Notes under the pieces: generated by a model
Told to the model about the DNA's origin: nothing
What the model saw: only the letters and a program-made list of their open reading frames with translations
Database searches by the model: none
Assembly: GCA_951406725.2 (NCBI GenBank)
Contig: OX597821.1
Coordinates: 53,072,001 to 53,136,000 of the forward strand
Direction: 5' to 3'
DNA from: Octopus vulgaris
Taxonomy: Eukaryota
DNA length: 64,000 bases
Made by a program: the position numbers and the translations under genes
In this document: positions 1 through 14,960 of the stretch, in pieces
How the letters are laid out: each line of letters begins with the position of its first letter
How positions within the stretch are numbered: the stretch's first letter is position 1

Positions 1-114
1 TATGCATGCTAAAATTATCACCACATTTATCTCATTATAGATGAAGCGTGCTTTCCTTAGTATATGGGCTGTATCCATCAATGTTACATTATCATTACTA
101 TTATTATTATTATT

Positions 115-390
115 GGTCTAGTAGTTAGGGTGTTGCACTAACGATCGCTAGATTGTGATTTGGGTGGTGTTTTGTGTTCTTGAGTAAAACAATTCTTCAC
201 ACGTTGCTCACTGATATCTTCGACACCTCGCGTGTCGTACACCATGTACCTGTTCAAACCAAGTCGAGTTGATGACAAGAGTGAGCTAACGTGCAGCATT
301 AACATTTAGTCACTCTAAACAAATCATCTGTGCAGGTCGTTCGGCAATATTTGAACACTCATACGTCGCTTTCAACAAGAGAGGCCACTA
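115..390 (+). mobile_element. Degenerate tRNA-head/CORE-like SINE (tail type A)
   Basis: GGTCTAGTAGTTAGGGTGTTG A-box-like head and TTGTGTTCTTGAGTAAAACA...CACGTTGCTC core match the copies at 45465 and 55024; ends in (TAT)n. Confidence 0.7.
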
Positions 391-699
391 TTATTTTTTT
401 AATTAATTTATGAAGATTAGCGTAACTCTTCAGAAAGGGACGACTTGTAATAGAGATTGGTTTTGTTTATTGAAGTGAGTATATCTCTCTTCCTCGGGTT
501 CAAAGTGAAAACAGAAAATAACGCAGAAACACAGAAATTCACAATATATACTACGGAGATATCTTGCGTTCATTTAAAAACAAAATGACTATCAGTTTTC
601 ACCTTTCCATAACCTGTAAAAAGGAAGAAGTAAAAATGCAGAAAAATAAAACATGAAAGAGAAACTTAATCAAAATGTTTTATTATATAAGTAACTCCA

Positions 700-970
700 C
701 GAGGCTCCGGCAGGGGATGGTGGTGATCCCTGCTGTACTCTTTCACCACAACTTTCTCTCACTCTTACTTCCTGTTTCTGTTGTACCTGTATTTCAAAGG
801 GCCGGCCTTGTCACTCTCGGTCTCACGCTGAATATCCCCGAGAACTACGTTAAGGGTACACGTGTCTGTGGAGTACTCAGCCACTTACACGTTAATTTCA
901 CGAGCAGGCTGTTCCGTTGATTCGGATCAACCGGAACCCTCGTCGTCGTAACCGACGGAGTGCTTCCACT
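700..970 (+). mobile_element. SINE 3' portion (tail type D)
   Basis: TAAGGGTACACGTGTCTGTGGAG...GTTAATTTCACGAG...GTTCCGTTGATT is the reverse complement of the tail of the SINE at 33898-34165. Confidence 0.7.
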
Positions 971-999
971 GTATATAAATAATGAAATTCGCAAGTCAA

Positions 1000-2360
1000 T
1001 TTGTTCATTACTTCAGGATGTGACGTTAGTAACCCACAAATACATTTATCTTCATCTATTTTGAGGAATGAAAGTGCAGTTGAGTCAGAATATTTTCTGA
1101 GAAGGTGCACTGTCAGGTGTTTCTCAAAATTACAGTCGTTTCTTGTAAAAAAAATTCGGACAGTTCCGTCGAACTACAGTTATTGTGCCTGGCGTCTACC
1201 TATTGTCATTGAATCTTTTATTTAATTGTTCAATTGCGCAATTAACCTAAAACAAGTTGTGTTTGGTGCATTCCACTGCGTACATTTCTGTTACATGCTG
1301 TGATGGAATTCACTTGACATGCTGTTGTACAATGAGACTATTTTTCAGGATACAACTTCCGGAAACTCCATTGGTATTTTTATGGGGATTAGACATAGTG
1401 GTTAATTGCTCTCTTATGTTATTATTGCATCTACAATACATGTGTGAGGAAATATTTGCGTGGAACGAAGATATTTTTCTGAAATATGCTGTGACGTTTA
1501 TGCAACATTTTTTATATTGCCAGCGAAATTTCTGTGTCCTTTAATCACTGAAGGAATTCAATCACTAATTTTACTTTGGCTGCTAAAATTATGCGTTTAA
1601 GTTTGGCAATGTTAATTTTAGCAATGTCATTTGCGATCTTTACTCGTTCGCGTTTGAAATAATGCCCGAAAGAAAGCATTTGCATGTTTCCAGTAATCTC
1701 CTGTGTCTGTATAAATCTGTTATACTCCAATAATCTGGATTTTCGGATCTGACTTAATTGTATTATGTATAAGAGTGTAGCAGCGCTGAACGTAAATTTG
1801 GCTTGATATGTGCTTGCAAAATAACTGTCACTATTCCACCTTCTAAAGTCTTAACTTTTGTGTCCAATGATTCGATGCTAGAGAAGGAATTTTTGTTGTA
1901 CTTAAAACAATAGCATCGCGTCAAATAGTCAGAGAAATACAAGAAATAATCTATTCTGCGATCATTCCCAGACAAAAAAGAATCATAGTCAGATTATTGG
2001 TTCATGATCGTGCAGTGATTTGAATATCTCATGCAATCGTGTCTTAAATCTTGTCATGGGGACTTTTGCAAAATTAACTCTCATGGAAGTACTCATAGCG
2101 CATCCATACTTAATTGTGATACTCTTTAACGCGAACAACAATAACTTACAGAAACAATAGGATGAAATACCTTTGTTTGATTGTTTTTCATATCCATTCA
2201 TGCATGATTCCTCTCCACAAAGGACAAAAATATTGCCAGCTTGGAGATAAGTTATTTGAATTTGCTGAATTGCAGGAGTTATGTTTGTTGTCTCGAGTTG
2301 TTATCTCTGCGGCTTCTGATACGGGTAAATTTAAATTGTCATAAACATAGTTCACCCCGA
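1000..2360 (-). mobile_element. Highly decayed DNA transposase remnant, possibly hAT
   Basis: Minus-strand fragments KTL..RWNS (about 1830-1860) and NCAIEQLNKRFND (about 1205-1245) resemble hAT motifs (TRWNS; QLxxRF); many stops and frameshifts. Confidence 0.35.
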
Positions 2361-3259
2361 AAAAATTGGTTGATAAAAGGATTGATTTTAGTTTAATAGA
2401 TAAACAATATGCGGTTTCTACAGTACATGAGAGACTAGAAAGTCGCGGACTGATTATGACTATCCAGTTTTATGCCTTTATTTTCCAATATATCTTATGT
2501 GAAGCAACATCAACCAAACATCTTTTCGCTTACACAGTGTGATTTGTTGAATATCTGGTCACTATTTCTAGTAATTTGAGCAATCATGTAGTAGCTCATT
2601 GACTTCTGTATAAGGAGCACTAAATAAATATTCGATGCAGTGAATGTATTACGTTTTATGGACAATATTTTCCAATGCGTCTGTATAGCATTTGAGCATT
2701 ATATTGCATCACGTTTGCTACAAATTTATTTTATTGATATCCATGGCAATAATTTTAGAATCTATCTGATTTTCCATTAATGCATTTGCCCCATAAGCGC
2801 AATATATAATACACAGACCACATTCTACACACTTCAAAAGAAAAAACCTAGCCTAAATCAATTCATCAAAAGTAAAATCTAACCTAAATCACCGAAAAGG
2901 ATACTGCCAAAAGCGAAATTATACCCAACAACAACGGAACCAGGAGTTAAAAGATGCGGCGTACAAACTGTGCAACGTACCTCGACCTAGTGGAAGGTTC
3001 TGAATTCTACTTCAGACAAGCGCATTGATTCACAAATGCGACTGATTGCAAGCAGCCTAGCGAGAGCGTGGGAGTGTTAGCTAAGAGAAATGCTTCTATC
3101 GACATCAAAAATCACAAGCTATCGTTTGAATGAGCATAAGTGCAGCTGCAGCTGTTTCAATAGAGATATGACTATGCAAAGACACCACCATGTTAGTAAG
3201 TATATTCAATTCGCTATTTTAAATATGTATATTCAACGCAGTAAGGATAAGTAAATAGG

Positions 3260-3325
<66 letters not shown>

Positions 3326-3403
3326 ACGAGTTCACGCATGTAAATCTATAGTTGAATGAGTACGCTTATGTGTTTACCTTTGATTTTATATGGTTACACA
3401 CAC

Positions 3404-3459
<56 letters not shown>

Positions 3460-3540
3460 GTAGGAGTTCACGCATGTAAATCTATAGTTGAATAAGTACG
3501 CTTATGTGTTTACCTTTGATTTTATATGGTTACACGCACA
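3260..3540. repeat. Tandem duplication of a ~135 bp unit containing (TA)n
   Basis: GAGTTCACGCATGTAAATCTATAGTTGAAT(G/A)AGTACGC...GGTTACAC occurs at about 3328 and 3463, each preceded by (TA)n. Confidence 0.9.
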
Positions 3541-3965
3541 CATAAATACATATATATGTATAGGTGTATATATATTCATGTGAATGCGTATACATAAGTG
3601 TTTATCGATACATATGCCTGCATGTATTAATACTTGAAGGTGTAAGTATGAGTTTGCGTGTGCGTATTTAGATATATATGCATATATATATCTATATATG
3701 CGTACATTCTTGAATATTTATATACGTGCAGTTCTTTCAGTATATGAGTGAATGTAAAGGTACGTTATCTAGGTTATGTGTTCGTATTTGCAGTACATTA
3801 TCGTATATCTAAACTAAGAGAAGTTAAGATAATTAATTCAGAATGTCGAGTACCATGTATTTGAATGGCATAGATATATACAGGTATAGTAAACACCTTA
3901 CGATATAAATTCTCGATTTATTTAAATCATTTCTACATGAAGAAGAATCATAATTACAAAATAGC

Positions 3966-4013
3966 AATTATCAAATGGTAATTATCAAATGGTGATTATC
4001 AAATGGTGATTAT
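3966..4013. repeat. 14-bp minisatellite (RATTATCAAATGGT) x3.4
   Basis: Direct tandem repeat visible in sequence. Confidence 0.85.
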
Positions 4014-4354
4014 AATGAACTCCACTTGGGAAAGAGATACCATTTCGAGATTCAAGAAATTTACAAAAAATGACAGGCTAATACTGAAAGGGACAGGCTT
4101 TTTGATTGAAGATAAGAGGACAACCCCTTTTCTGAAGAGGAGCTGGTGATAGCTTTCATTTGATAATTGACATTTGGTAATTATAATACATCGTCTAGAG
4201 GTGGAGATAACTTTAATAACTGAAGAATTGTTTTCAATAATGTATTTAACGTAACGTTTATTGTCTCTCTATCTGCCTCTCTCTTCCACTCACACACACA
4301 TTCTCTACATGCATACATAGAAACAAATACAAATATATACATATATATTTGTAT

Positions 4355-4406
<52 letters not shown>

Positions 4407-5002
4407 AACGCACACACACATATGTATATATGTATGCATACATATAAACAAATACAAATATATACATATATATTTGTATTGTGTGTATATATATATATAT
4501 ATGCATGTATCTATAAGTCTGTGCTCCAGCATGACCACAATCAAATGACTGAAACAACTAAGAATAAAAAATAAAAGAATATCTACGTTTGTGTACGTTT
4601 ATAAATATGTAAAAGTACATACGTATACAAATATAGCTTGGATGAATATACGTATACAGGTATTTGTGGATATGCATCTTCAAACGCAGACACACGCGGA
4701 TGCGCCCACGCATATACATTCACATACACGCAAGCACGTGTACACAGACACATACTTATATAGTGTTTAGACTTCTATATTCTATCATGGACAGACATAA
4801 AAATTAAAAATGCTTCCACCTTATGCACTAATCAAGTTGTATTGGAAACGACATGCAATTACCTTTCTATATTGATACATTCTCCTTAAATGTTAAAACT
4901 ACCATAGGTAAGACGTTCCTGGTGTTATTAAATAAGCATTTCCCAGTAAACTACAAATACATGGCAAATATCTAATAGACGCTCGATAAAACTTTTCTAC
5001 AG

Positions 5003-5344
5003 CGTCTGCCCATATATGAAGTCCCACTAAGAGCCCACTCCCTGTTGTTACTTTGGAGTCACTGAGGCTTGCTCGCTTGATTAAACTCAGTGTCTTTTTT
5101 GTGTGTTATGAAGCAGAAGTGCTCCCAGATAACGTAATGAGGGAGAAGCCTTATGTTGGTTTATTCGAAGGCAATTTTGTAAGAGATTATGCAACCCATG
5201 AGTTTGTTTTCCGATACAGTGATGAAAATAAATCCTCGAGGTTGTGGAGACTTGACTGGAATTATAATACCATCTGAACCCTACATACAATCAAGTAAAG
5301 AAACGTGGCGAAATCTACGCCATATAAAAATAGATCAAGTAGAT
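5003..5344 (+). pseudogene. Putative decayed exon: signal-peptide-like segment plus Ig-like domain
   Basis: TTTTCTACAG acceptor ending 5002 and GTAAGT donor at 5345; reads RLPIYEVPLRAHSLLLLWSH*...NSVSFLCVMKQKCSQIT**...HIKIDQVD; phase fits an upstream CACC-ATG-TTA|GTAAGT at 3186-3201. Confidence 0.3.
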
Positions 5345-5852
5345 GTAAGTTATGCAAAGCTAAAAGATCGCACTCTCTTTTGAGATCGAAGAAATTTACA
5401 ACAATACCTAATTCCAGACCCGAAATTCTTATTAAATGTAAGCCACGAAAGCACCCGGTCCGGATTGCTTGGCTATCTCACAGATTTTGGCCTGTTCCCG
5501 TTTATATTTTTCTACACGAGCTAGAATAATTATGGTTTCTGCCGATAAAGAGACGCTTTGTCTCATGTTTTATCATACACCAGTGCCATGGTCTCCAAAT
5601 AGGTCTGACAGTATGCACTCAGCATGAAAAATTGCTGAAAATCAGCAAAATTATTGTATCGCTACAAAATTAAACTATTAGTAATTCTTTTTCAAACTAG
5701 ATGTATAAAAAGTTCCTACCAGGCAAATTCTAGTGGAAGCCACACCTAATTTTTCTCCACCGAAAACAAACCCAACAAAAAAATCTATAAAGCCACAAAG
5801 AAAAAAAAATCGAAAATTGATGAAACGAAGCAATTTCTAAGTAAATATCAAT

Positions 5853-5895
<43 letters not shown>

Positions 5896-8800
5896 ACTTA
5901 AATATATATTTATATATCTAACTTATATACATTCACAGTAATGTTTGCGTTATGTTGATACACACACGTAGACATCACATCTGCTGTTGATGACATTTTC
6001 TCACTAACAGTAACACCGATAGAAGGAATGAGTGACCCACAAGGGGGGCTAATGTTGAAAAATAATCTTCATTTGGTCACTTTATTTTAGAGTATCTTGG
6101 TTAGCCTATGAACTTTTCAGTCATTCCTCGTACACATATCGATATGTAGAATGAGAGAGAGAGAGAGTGTGTGAGAAAGGGAGGGAGAGAGCTTACCCTA
6201 GTATATGGGGAATTCTAATACAAGTGTGACAATCAGTGATACTCTAGTGATAATGACTCCTGCCTTGTCTCCTTTCTATAGCAATGATTTCGCGTACTAG
6301 GTGGGGGAGTGCCATGTACTTGACGTAGCTATTACTTGGCAATTTCAATAGCTGGTTCATTAGCATTTCTCAGAACCACAAAATCTACTTTGCAGAATCC
6401 TGTCGCATCCTGTGGCTGGAAGTGGATGTAGTTTACTTAGTTTTCATTCAAGTAGCAACCAAATCAATCTGAAAAATTTCTACTTTTGGACGAAAGATTT
6501 CTGCCTTAGGACGGAGCAATTGTCGCAGCAGATTAATCTCCATATAACCACTATCACATTCTTTATTTCACCTCTGTCTTTTGAGGACTCTACATACGTC
6601 TTTTAATTATGGTTTTAGCATATATGATTATAAATTAGATTACAAATCTGACACATATAGAAACTCATACGATCAGACATGCACATGCACGCCTATTCTC
6701 ATGACACAAAATCACCAGGACATACGTATATGCAGAAATGCATACAACTACATATATGCACAAATACGTTTTTCTTATATTTTCTGTTTACAGAACGTGA
6801 ATAAAAACGCATCGACCCAAGAACGTTTCCCTTCTGATGTATACAGTAATGCACAAACACACACAGAAATAATACATATACTCACATAGTGGTGTATATC
6901 ATAAGCACACTGACATAAATACAGATGTACAAAATGAGAAAGATATGACAGCACATGCACATACATACATTTCCCTTCTCTTTTATATACATGCAGAAGA
7001 GGGAAACAAACACGGGTAAAAATACTAGCGCCTCCGCACTCGACACATAATCGGATCCAACTACAGACACAGAAACACTCTCATAGTCCATATATATGTG
7101 ATTATGCAAGTTGCATAAACACACAGGAATACACACGAGCACACACATACACCCTCGCCAGGGAATACCTTTATCTGTCTTCTGCTTGAAATGATTCCGG
7201 TATCATACATTGAATATAACATCCAACATCGACAATATTTTATCTTCAAAATACTACTACTACTACAAATAATAATAACAACAACGATAATAATAATAAT
7301 AATAGTAATAATAATAAAGTAGAGGGCGAGAAATCAGAAGAACAAGAGAGAAGTGATAATACTAAATCGGTGATGAACACCTGGGCTTAGGTTCAATAAT
7401 AGACACAATCATCTTGACAACGGACTTCTAGACAAAAGTAAGAATGACATTGGTTAAAGAAGGATCTCAAAGTGAGAGACAGATGGACTGAGAGAATAAA
7501 TAGGAACTTACGAATAGTGGTAATCTCATATCTGGCAGCTAAGCTTTAAATTGATGATAAAATTTGTACTACGAAAAACGTTTCATTACATGTAGGTAAA
7601 ATAAATAGTTGAGTGAGAGATCTACAAGTAATATTAGTTGACAAAGCAATGAAAGGTGGAGAGGGAGAGAGAGAGAGAGAGGGAGAAAAAGAAAGACAGA
7701 GAGAGAGAGGAGAGAGAAGAGAGAGATGGAGTGAGATAAAGAATATGTAAGAATGGAGGGACGAAAATAAAATGACAAGGAGTAAAAAATATATAAACGT
7801 CCATGCTATTATGCGTATTCCTGAAGGTTATTGAAAATCCAGCTGGACGAAAATCAAATATTACCACAACGCTACTGGTGATCGAAGGAATTGGTCTGAT
7901 TATATAAATGAAGTTGACTGGGAGAAAAGAAGAAAAAAATGCAGAAAGAAGATTTTCTCAATACTAAACTGTAGCACACGAACAAAAGTGAAAGTAAAAC
8001 CATTAATAGGAACAACAACAAACACCGAAATTTTCCTTGGCATTCACCAATGAAATTTCAATATTAATGCAATGTATTATATTTATATAAGACATGCCGA
8101 GTAGTATTTCTCTATTCAGAATGAAATATATTTACAAAACTTTATGCTCTGCTTTTCATGGCGACCTTTTGGGGTTTCTTATGTACTGATGCACGATTTA
8201 GTCAGTAACTTATCTCAAAATAATATTTGTTTTTCTTTATTTGATTTTATTGAATAATTGAAACAATATTCCACGGACAATATTTGAGTATCCGCTACGA
8301 ATATCAATGACATTAATTGATTAAAGACAAATATTTCCAAGGCAGTCAGACTGAAAACACGATAGAATTAGCTCTAAAAAATAGACAAAAAAATATATCC
8401 TGTTAATACGTTCGGAGATTGATAAGATAATGATCCGTGTATGAAACAGCATTATGGTCAAGTTAGAAAAATCAAGCTTTAGTGGACATATTGAAACTCT
8501 CAGAAGGACATTTTTATAAAGAATTGTAACAGATACAAAAAATAGTTATTTACTACAGTTCTGTATTGGGACCACTAATGATTAAATTATGTATTACAAC
8601 ATCCATGGAAAAAAAATGAAAGTAACCATCTTACCATATTTAGTAAATGTTGACTTAATCCTATGTAAAATAATAGTGGTTATGTATATTCTTTCAGTGT
8701 GCACGTATACTAACTTTCCTGTTCAGATCTCTCATGTTTCATATAATAAGAGTGCTGCTTTCATGACAGTTACGTTCACACAAATAACTGTTGTTCACTT

Positions 8801-9952
8801 TTTCATATGAACGTTTACTGGTTCTATCTCGATATCTGACTGATTGACTGACTGCTATCGTATTAGTTTACGTGTGTGTGTGTGTGTGGGGGGGGGGGGT
8901 CGCATGCGTATATGTGTCTGTAATATAATACATTATGTTTTTATTTTAGTAAATTGTCATAATTGAACCATCTTTGATCGTGTGTCAATTCAGTCGTGGT
9001 TGTTCGTGGGCCAAGCAAAACTTTGCGTTCCCAAAGACCATCCCCTCCTCACCGTGGTGGGGACGCTGGCAACGGGTAGTGTCAGAGTTATGCCGTCGGG
9101 AACTTCGGTTCCTGGTAGGGCCACCCAAGGCGGATCGGTCTGACTCGGAGTGTCTGTTTCGGTAACCGGCGGCTCCTCGGTCATTCTGTCCCTGCGTCTG
9201 CGGACAATCTGCGGCAAAGAGGATGTCTCTACATGCAGGATTGTTGGGGACCGCTTGTGAAATCCATATATTCCCACGAAACGTCTTCCATAGCAGAAGA
9301 ATCCGCCTCAACCCGCCCAGGGTGAAAGTAACCATTAGTACAAGTAAGTACAAGGAAAACTATTCCTGAATCCTCGACTATACTACATGTCAACTGCAAA
9401 ATGTTTTCTGTCACGCAAATTCCATAATTTAATCTATAAATCCTGGTGATAAGATCTAAACAATTTGTATTATTTTAATTTGCTGCCATAAGTAAGTCGA
9501 TAATTCAATATTTCCTTGCATTGTAAATCATTGATGCAGAACAATGTAGAACATAAATTTAGTCACTAAGAATTCAGAAAAAAAAAACAAACAAAAAAGA
9601 AAGGGAGCTCCAGTTATCATGGAAATTGTATAATTAGTCGGAAAGATTGCTTGAATAAAAATTGCCGACTATGGGAAGTATCGATAAAGTGTATTATCTT
9701 AAAGATATATATTCTTTATACAATGATATAATCACTAGGTGGATGTAAGCCTACTCAACCGCTAAAATATCAATCTTATCACAAGAGGATCTTACCGTGT
9801 CGTCATGCCTAATTGCGGGATACACTGGATATTGTATTCTTACATAACTGTCAAAGAAGGGCTGGTTACATTTAGAATTCCTTCAAACAGTAGTTTTGAA
9901 TTACCTGTGAACGTATTCTACTGTTGATAATATTACAGATACATACATACTT

Positions 9953-10039
<87 letters not shown>

Positions 10040-11339
10040 TGTGTGCGTGTGCATGTGTGCGTGAGAGAGTTATATTACAATATTGTCCCTGATATATTAC
10101 AGCAATATACTGCCCCACCATTTTGTTTGATAGGAAAGTTGTGTTTCTGTCCGAATATTTATCCAGTTTCAGCCCAATGTCCATTTGTCTGATTTGGTGA
10201 AATCCAAATATTAGTCCATTAAACTGTCTCTCATGAAGTCTTATTACCCGTCTCCATACGTTCCCATTTCCACCACAGTAAAGCCGGTTATCGGCAGTGG
10301 CATTTGAACTCACAGTGCAAAAAATATCTTTCATCCAAGTGAATTTTATCCTATGCACAAACATTCCCACTATTTTACTGTTCTAGACTGGCTTTTTATC
10401 GACATTGAAAATATAATAAACAAAGTCGATCTCGGTGAGATTGGAAATCATATCTCAGAGAATAAAAAGCAGATAACGCATGTTAGTCTATACTGATGCA
10501 GTTACCTCCCTGCCAACTTGACACCCTCTGATAAAAAGTCGTTTCCATTATAGAAAATAATTATTACTCGACAGCTCAGAATTTCTTTTGAGCAAATTAA
10601 ATCTTGACATCCTGAACAGAATTTATATCTATATTTGAAAGAGGGAGGGGGAGAGAGAGATGGAGGGGGAGCTCCGTTACGTTTCGATTTACAGAATTCT
10701 ACTTTCCAGGTATTGGTCAATGAAAAACTATGATAAGTGGAACCTGGCCAAGATGTCATATAAGTTGGCGTGAACCCATAAACTCACGTTTGTGAAGGGA
10801 ACATTTCAACCACACGTGCATATCTCAGGAATATGAATAAACTTTTATTACGAAGACAAAACATTGGGAGAAAATCTTGTTGGAAAAAAATCATTCGGGG
10901 TAAAATATGTATAATTTTTGTTTCGTATATATGAGAGGTTATATTATTACATATACTCACAGCAGATTTAAAACACACGTACATATACATATATACTGGC
11001 ATATATATATACACATACATATCGATAAATATAGGCGTAAAGGTCTTACCCCATACATACATACACACACACACAGAGAAACGAACACAAATTCAACCAA
11101 ATGCACATAGATCCAACCACACTCGCAAGCGCGTGTACGCACGCACACACATACGCACAAGCCTACACACACTCCGACATATATCTATATAAAAAAAACA
11201 GTGCTGTTTTGCAATGATGAAAGCCAATAAAAAGTAAAAAAATTAAAGAAACATATCATCGAATCTTTTTATACATCCATGTTGTGATTGATGATAATCT
11301 CTTCCCACAGATTAGCCCAACCTACATACCTGACTGCTG

Positions 11340-11665
11340 ACACACATACATACATCTACACGTGCATGATTTTCTATATATATATATACACACACACATA
11401 TATATATATACACACACATATATATACATATACATATATATATATATATACACACGCACATATATATATATATATACATATATATATACACATATATATA
11501 TATAAACATATATATATACACATATATATATACATATACACATATATATATATACACACACATATATACATATACACACATGTATATATATACACATATA
11601 TATACATATATATATATACACACACACACGCATATATCTATATATATATATATATATATATATAT
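11340..11665. repeat. Compound (TA)n/(CA)n microsatellite
   Basis: Direct observation; source of the YIYI/HTHT ORFs. Confidence 0.95.
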
Positions 11666-12259
11666 CTGTGTATTCTTTCATTTGTAAATATATTTTTTAT
11701 TAGTTACTTCCTATCTGGTACATCTCCAGCGATTTGAAAAGTTCCCAAGGAGTCGCAATTTACATTTGTACAGGTTAAAGGTGATATCGATCATCGAACG
11801 TATCCCCGCTGGCTTTGATCGATCGAATGAAGCCCAGCTAGATATTGTATCTTACCACACTATACTTATGACGGACTGTCAGTATTGTTTGTTTCATCCA
11901 TAACTGTCAAGTCTATGAATTAAAACGATTTCTCTTCAGGAGTAGTCTACATTAAGATCATAATACATAATATTTTTACAAAAGGAAACGAAATACGTCT
12001 TTGTGATTTCCCAAGATATTTATATCTATACTACTACGTGTGTATACCTATGGGCATATATATGTGTGTGGCTATATAGACATGCGTACATCTCTCTCTC
12101 TCCTTTTTTATATATATATTTATGTATATATATATATATTTATATTGATATATGCAAAAATACAGATAGATATTTAAAGGCATATACATACACAAAAGCA
12201 GAAAATACCCATATAAAAAAATCTGTATATATTTATACACACACAAATATGTTTTGCTG

Positions 12260-12435
12260 AGGCCCCCTTTGGTCATGACTGACCATGGGATTGCACCTAG
12301 AAATTTAGTTACTCTCCCAGGCACAAGTCCGGGCAAGGTTGTTTATTGAAGACCAGCAGTCGCCCATGCATACCAGCCTCCTCTCTCCACGCCACCAGTG
12401 TCATCCAAGGGAAAGGCAAAACCGATACAGCTTGT
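12260..12435 (-). mobile_element. SINE 3' half (tail type C)
   Basis: Reverse complement of 55185-55355 (CCATGGGATTGCACCTAGAAA...CAGTCGCCCATGCATACCAGCCTC). Confidence 0.85.
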
Positions 12436-12442
12436 ATGTATG

Positions 12443-12512
<70 letters not shown>

Positions 12513-13834
12513 AGAAAGAGAGAAATAGAGAGAGAGAGACAGACAAAGAGAATGACAGAGAAAGCCATGTTTGGGCAGATAAGTAGACATACTAATATCT
12601 CTCTGTCTATTGAGCAAACAATAGGTTATCTTTAAACATCGCAGTTCACAATGCACTTCCGTTTAATTTTCATCGCACCCTTCACTTCAAATTGAAACTG
12701 TATTTATTTTTACAGTCTCCTTTCTCTCATCTTAGAGGTCTTCTACTTGATCTGTTGCACTCTCTGGGATACCGATCAACAACTACATCAATCCACGTAC
12801 TGTCTATTAGCACTGCAGCATGTCCGAGTCAGTATGACTTTCACTGTCGATATTACATGATCATATCATTCACTCCATTTCCTTTGCGTAGTATATCGTT
12901 TCTCCCGAAATGATATTCCTTACAATTACAATTGTATAAATATATACTCATGAATCCCACAAATATGTGTGTGTGTGTTAATGATTGTTTGCACTACTAT
13001 CATTCCGAAACAAGTGCAGTTGGATGTTGTTCTACATTCATATTTATAGCCTACTTTCAGTAAATCTATTTGCGTCATCACCAACTCGTTAACTACTTCT
13101 CAGCAATAAATTTTTATTAAGCAAATATCAGTTATATTTGACAAGAAATGAAAATATGAAATCGACGGACTAATCGGGTTTTCTAATATCGTTAAACTGA
13201 AATCTCATTATCATCAAAATAATTTCCCCCACACGAACCCGAATGAAAATATATTCATTATAATTACATCGTAAAAATAAAAGAGTATTTATTTCCCGTT
13301 ATTCTTGCAATTAACTAGAGATTGCTTTATTAAAAGAAACAAGGAAAGAAAACCATTTTAAAGAAAATTATTAAACTTATTTAAATACATAATATACTTT
13401 CAACTCATTATATATCAATGTTTACTGAAAGTAGAATAATTTTTTTATTAAGCATGATCAAAAAATGTCATAATTGCCATTGCATATTTCTTAGTGTGAA
13501 CTTAGTTGCAATACCTTTTTTATAAATTCATTTTAAATTAAATACAGCGACGAAACTTAAATCAACGGTTTATTCCCAATAGTGTTACATTCCCTTGTTC
13601 ATACACTCTACTTTTAGAATAATTCTTATACATTTTATCTTAGTTTCTGATCATCAATATCGTGAATATACTAGTGTGTATGTGTATTAATGTACTATAA
13701 TCAACGGAACAAACAAAATATTTGAACTCTAAATATAAACAAATTACAATCTTTTATCTGTACAACAATTTCTTCAGCGAAAGTAATTTCATATTCAATT
13801 AGTTTATTATAAATAATTGTATTAATCACCCAGA

Positions 13835-14110
13835 GGCAAGTATAGCACTCATTATTGTAATTGTCCAAGGCCTATCAGACACATGCAAAGAAAGGAAGAA
13901 GTTGTCCTGAAACCAGATATTTATTCTAAATATTTACAACAGGAATAAAATGCACTAAAAGTTCTAAATACCAAGAGTAGTGTTTAAACGGGAAACGATT
14001 GACGCCATCTACTCCAGAACATTGGGCACAAATATATGGAACAAATCCTGCAACGTTACTCATCCAAAAAGTCCTTTAAGTGAGTGAACTGGACATGTAG
14101 CTTTACATAT
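13835..14110 (+). pseudogene. Decayed Ig-like domain exon
   Basis: Frame from 13945: IKCTKSSKYQE*CLNGKRLTPSTPEHWAQIYGTNPATLLIQKVL, then NWTCSF after a frameshift; pattern C..(W)xxNG..ATLxIxxV..WxC; hydrophobic SIALIIVIVQGLS upstream. Confidence 0.5.
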
Positions 14111-14409
14111 TGCCCCGCGAAAGGATGAAAATCAAATTTGACCACAAGTGAATTTGAACTCAGGGAATCAGAACGAAGACTAAAAATACTTCGTATTATG
14201 CTTGAACGACACTGTCAGTTTGCGTATGTTAATAGATAAAGATTTGAAATACTTTAGAAATAAACTAATTGAACCTAAAAGCAAAAGAACTATACAGAAG
14301 ATTAATGTAATTCAAACAATTTACAGAGATCTAATCTAAAAAAAAAATGAAAGAAACTCGCTCCTGAGAAAGTTCAGTCCTTAATTAGCCTCTAGAAATT
14401 TCCCCATAA

Positions 14410-14960
14410 ATCTACTTTACTCGCCCGTTTGTTTCCTGTCAGGGACGAACAGAATGGAGGGGAAAACATCTACTATACCGGTGCATGTTTCCGGAGAAAT
14501 ATAAATTGATATTGCGTATTTAGAATATTTTAAACTGGAAAACAAATTATCTTGATAAATTATGGAGAATTTGCTGTTGGATTTCACAATTAAATGATTT
14601 TAATTTCTCTACAGTTGAATCTGAATTTTAGCTCACCACAAAAATTGATGACCTGTATGATGATCTCTACTGATAAATAAACATCGGAACACAATCTGCA
14701 GAGATAAATTATCCAAAGAAAAGTTAATCGCCAATGAATCGGGTTACTTGATTCGTTATCATATTTCCCCGGATAATGTAGTTTTACATCTAGCTCCGCA
14801 GTAACTTACAAATGTAGTAATTCATCATGTCCAAAATGTAATGCTATAGGAGCAGATGAGGAAAAGATTGTGACGCATTTTATACCCAAAGCAGATGATG
14901 AAGGTACTAATGGCGCCAAAAATTTCACTTGCTTATTTCCTCCGTCGCATTCTACGGCAA
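14410..14960 (+). pseudogene. Two further decayed Ig-like exon remnants separated by a ~97 bp GT-AG intron-like segment
   Basis: FPVRDEQNGGENIYY/RCMFP...|GTATTT...TTTCTCTACAG|, then an open frame from 14777: CSFTSSSAVTYKC...HFIPKADDEGTNGAKNFTCLFPP. Confidence 0.4.

Noticed and set aside
9951-10370. 139-aa minus-strand ORF
   Set aside because: The C-terminal third is microsatellite; the remainder shows no recognisable motif or clear splice sites.
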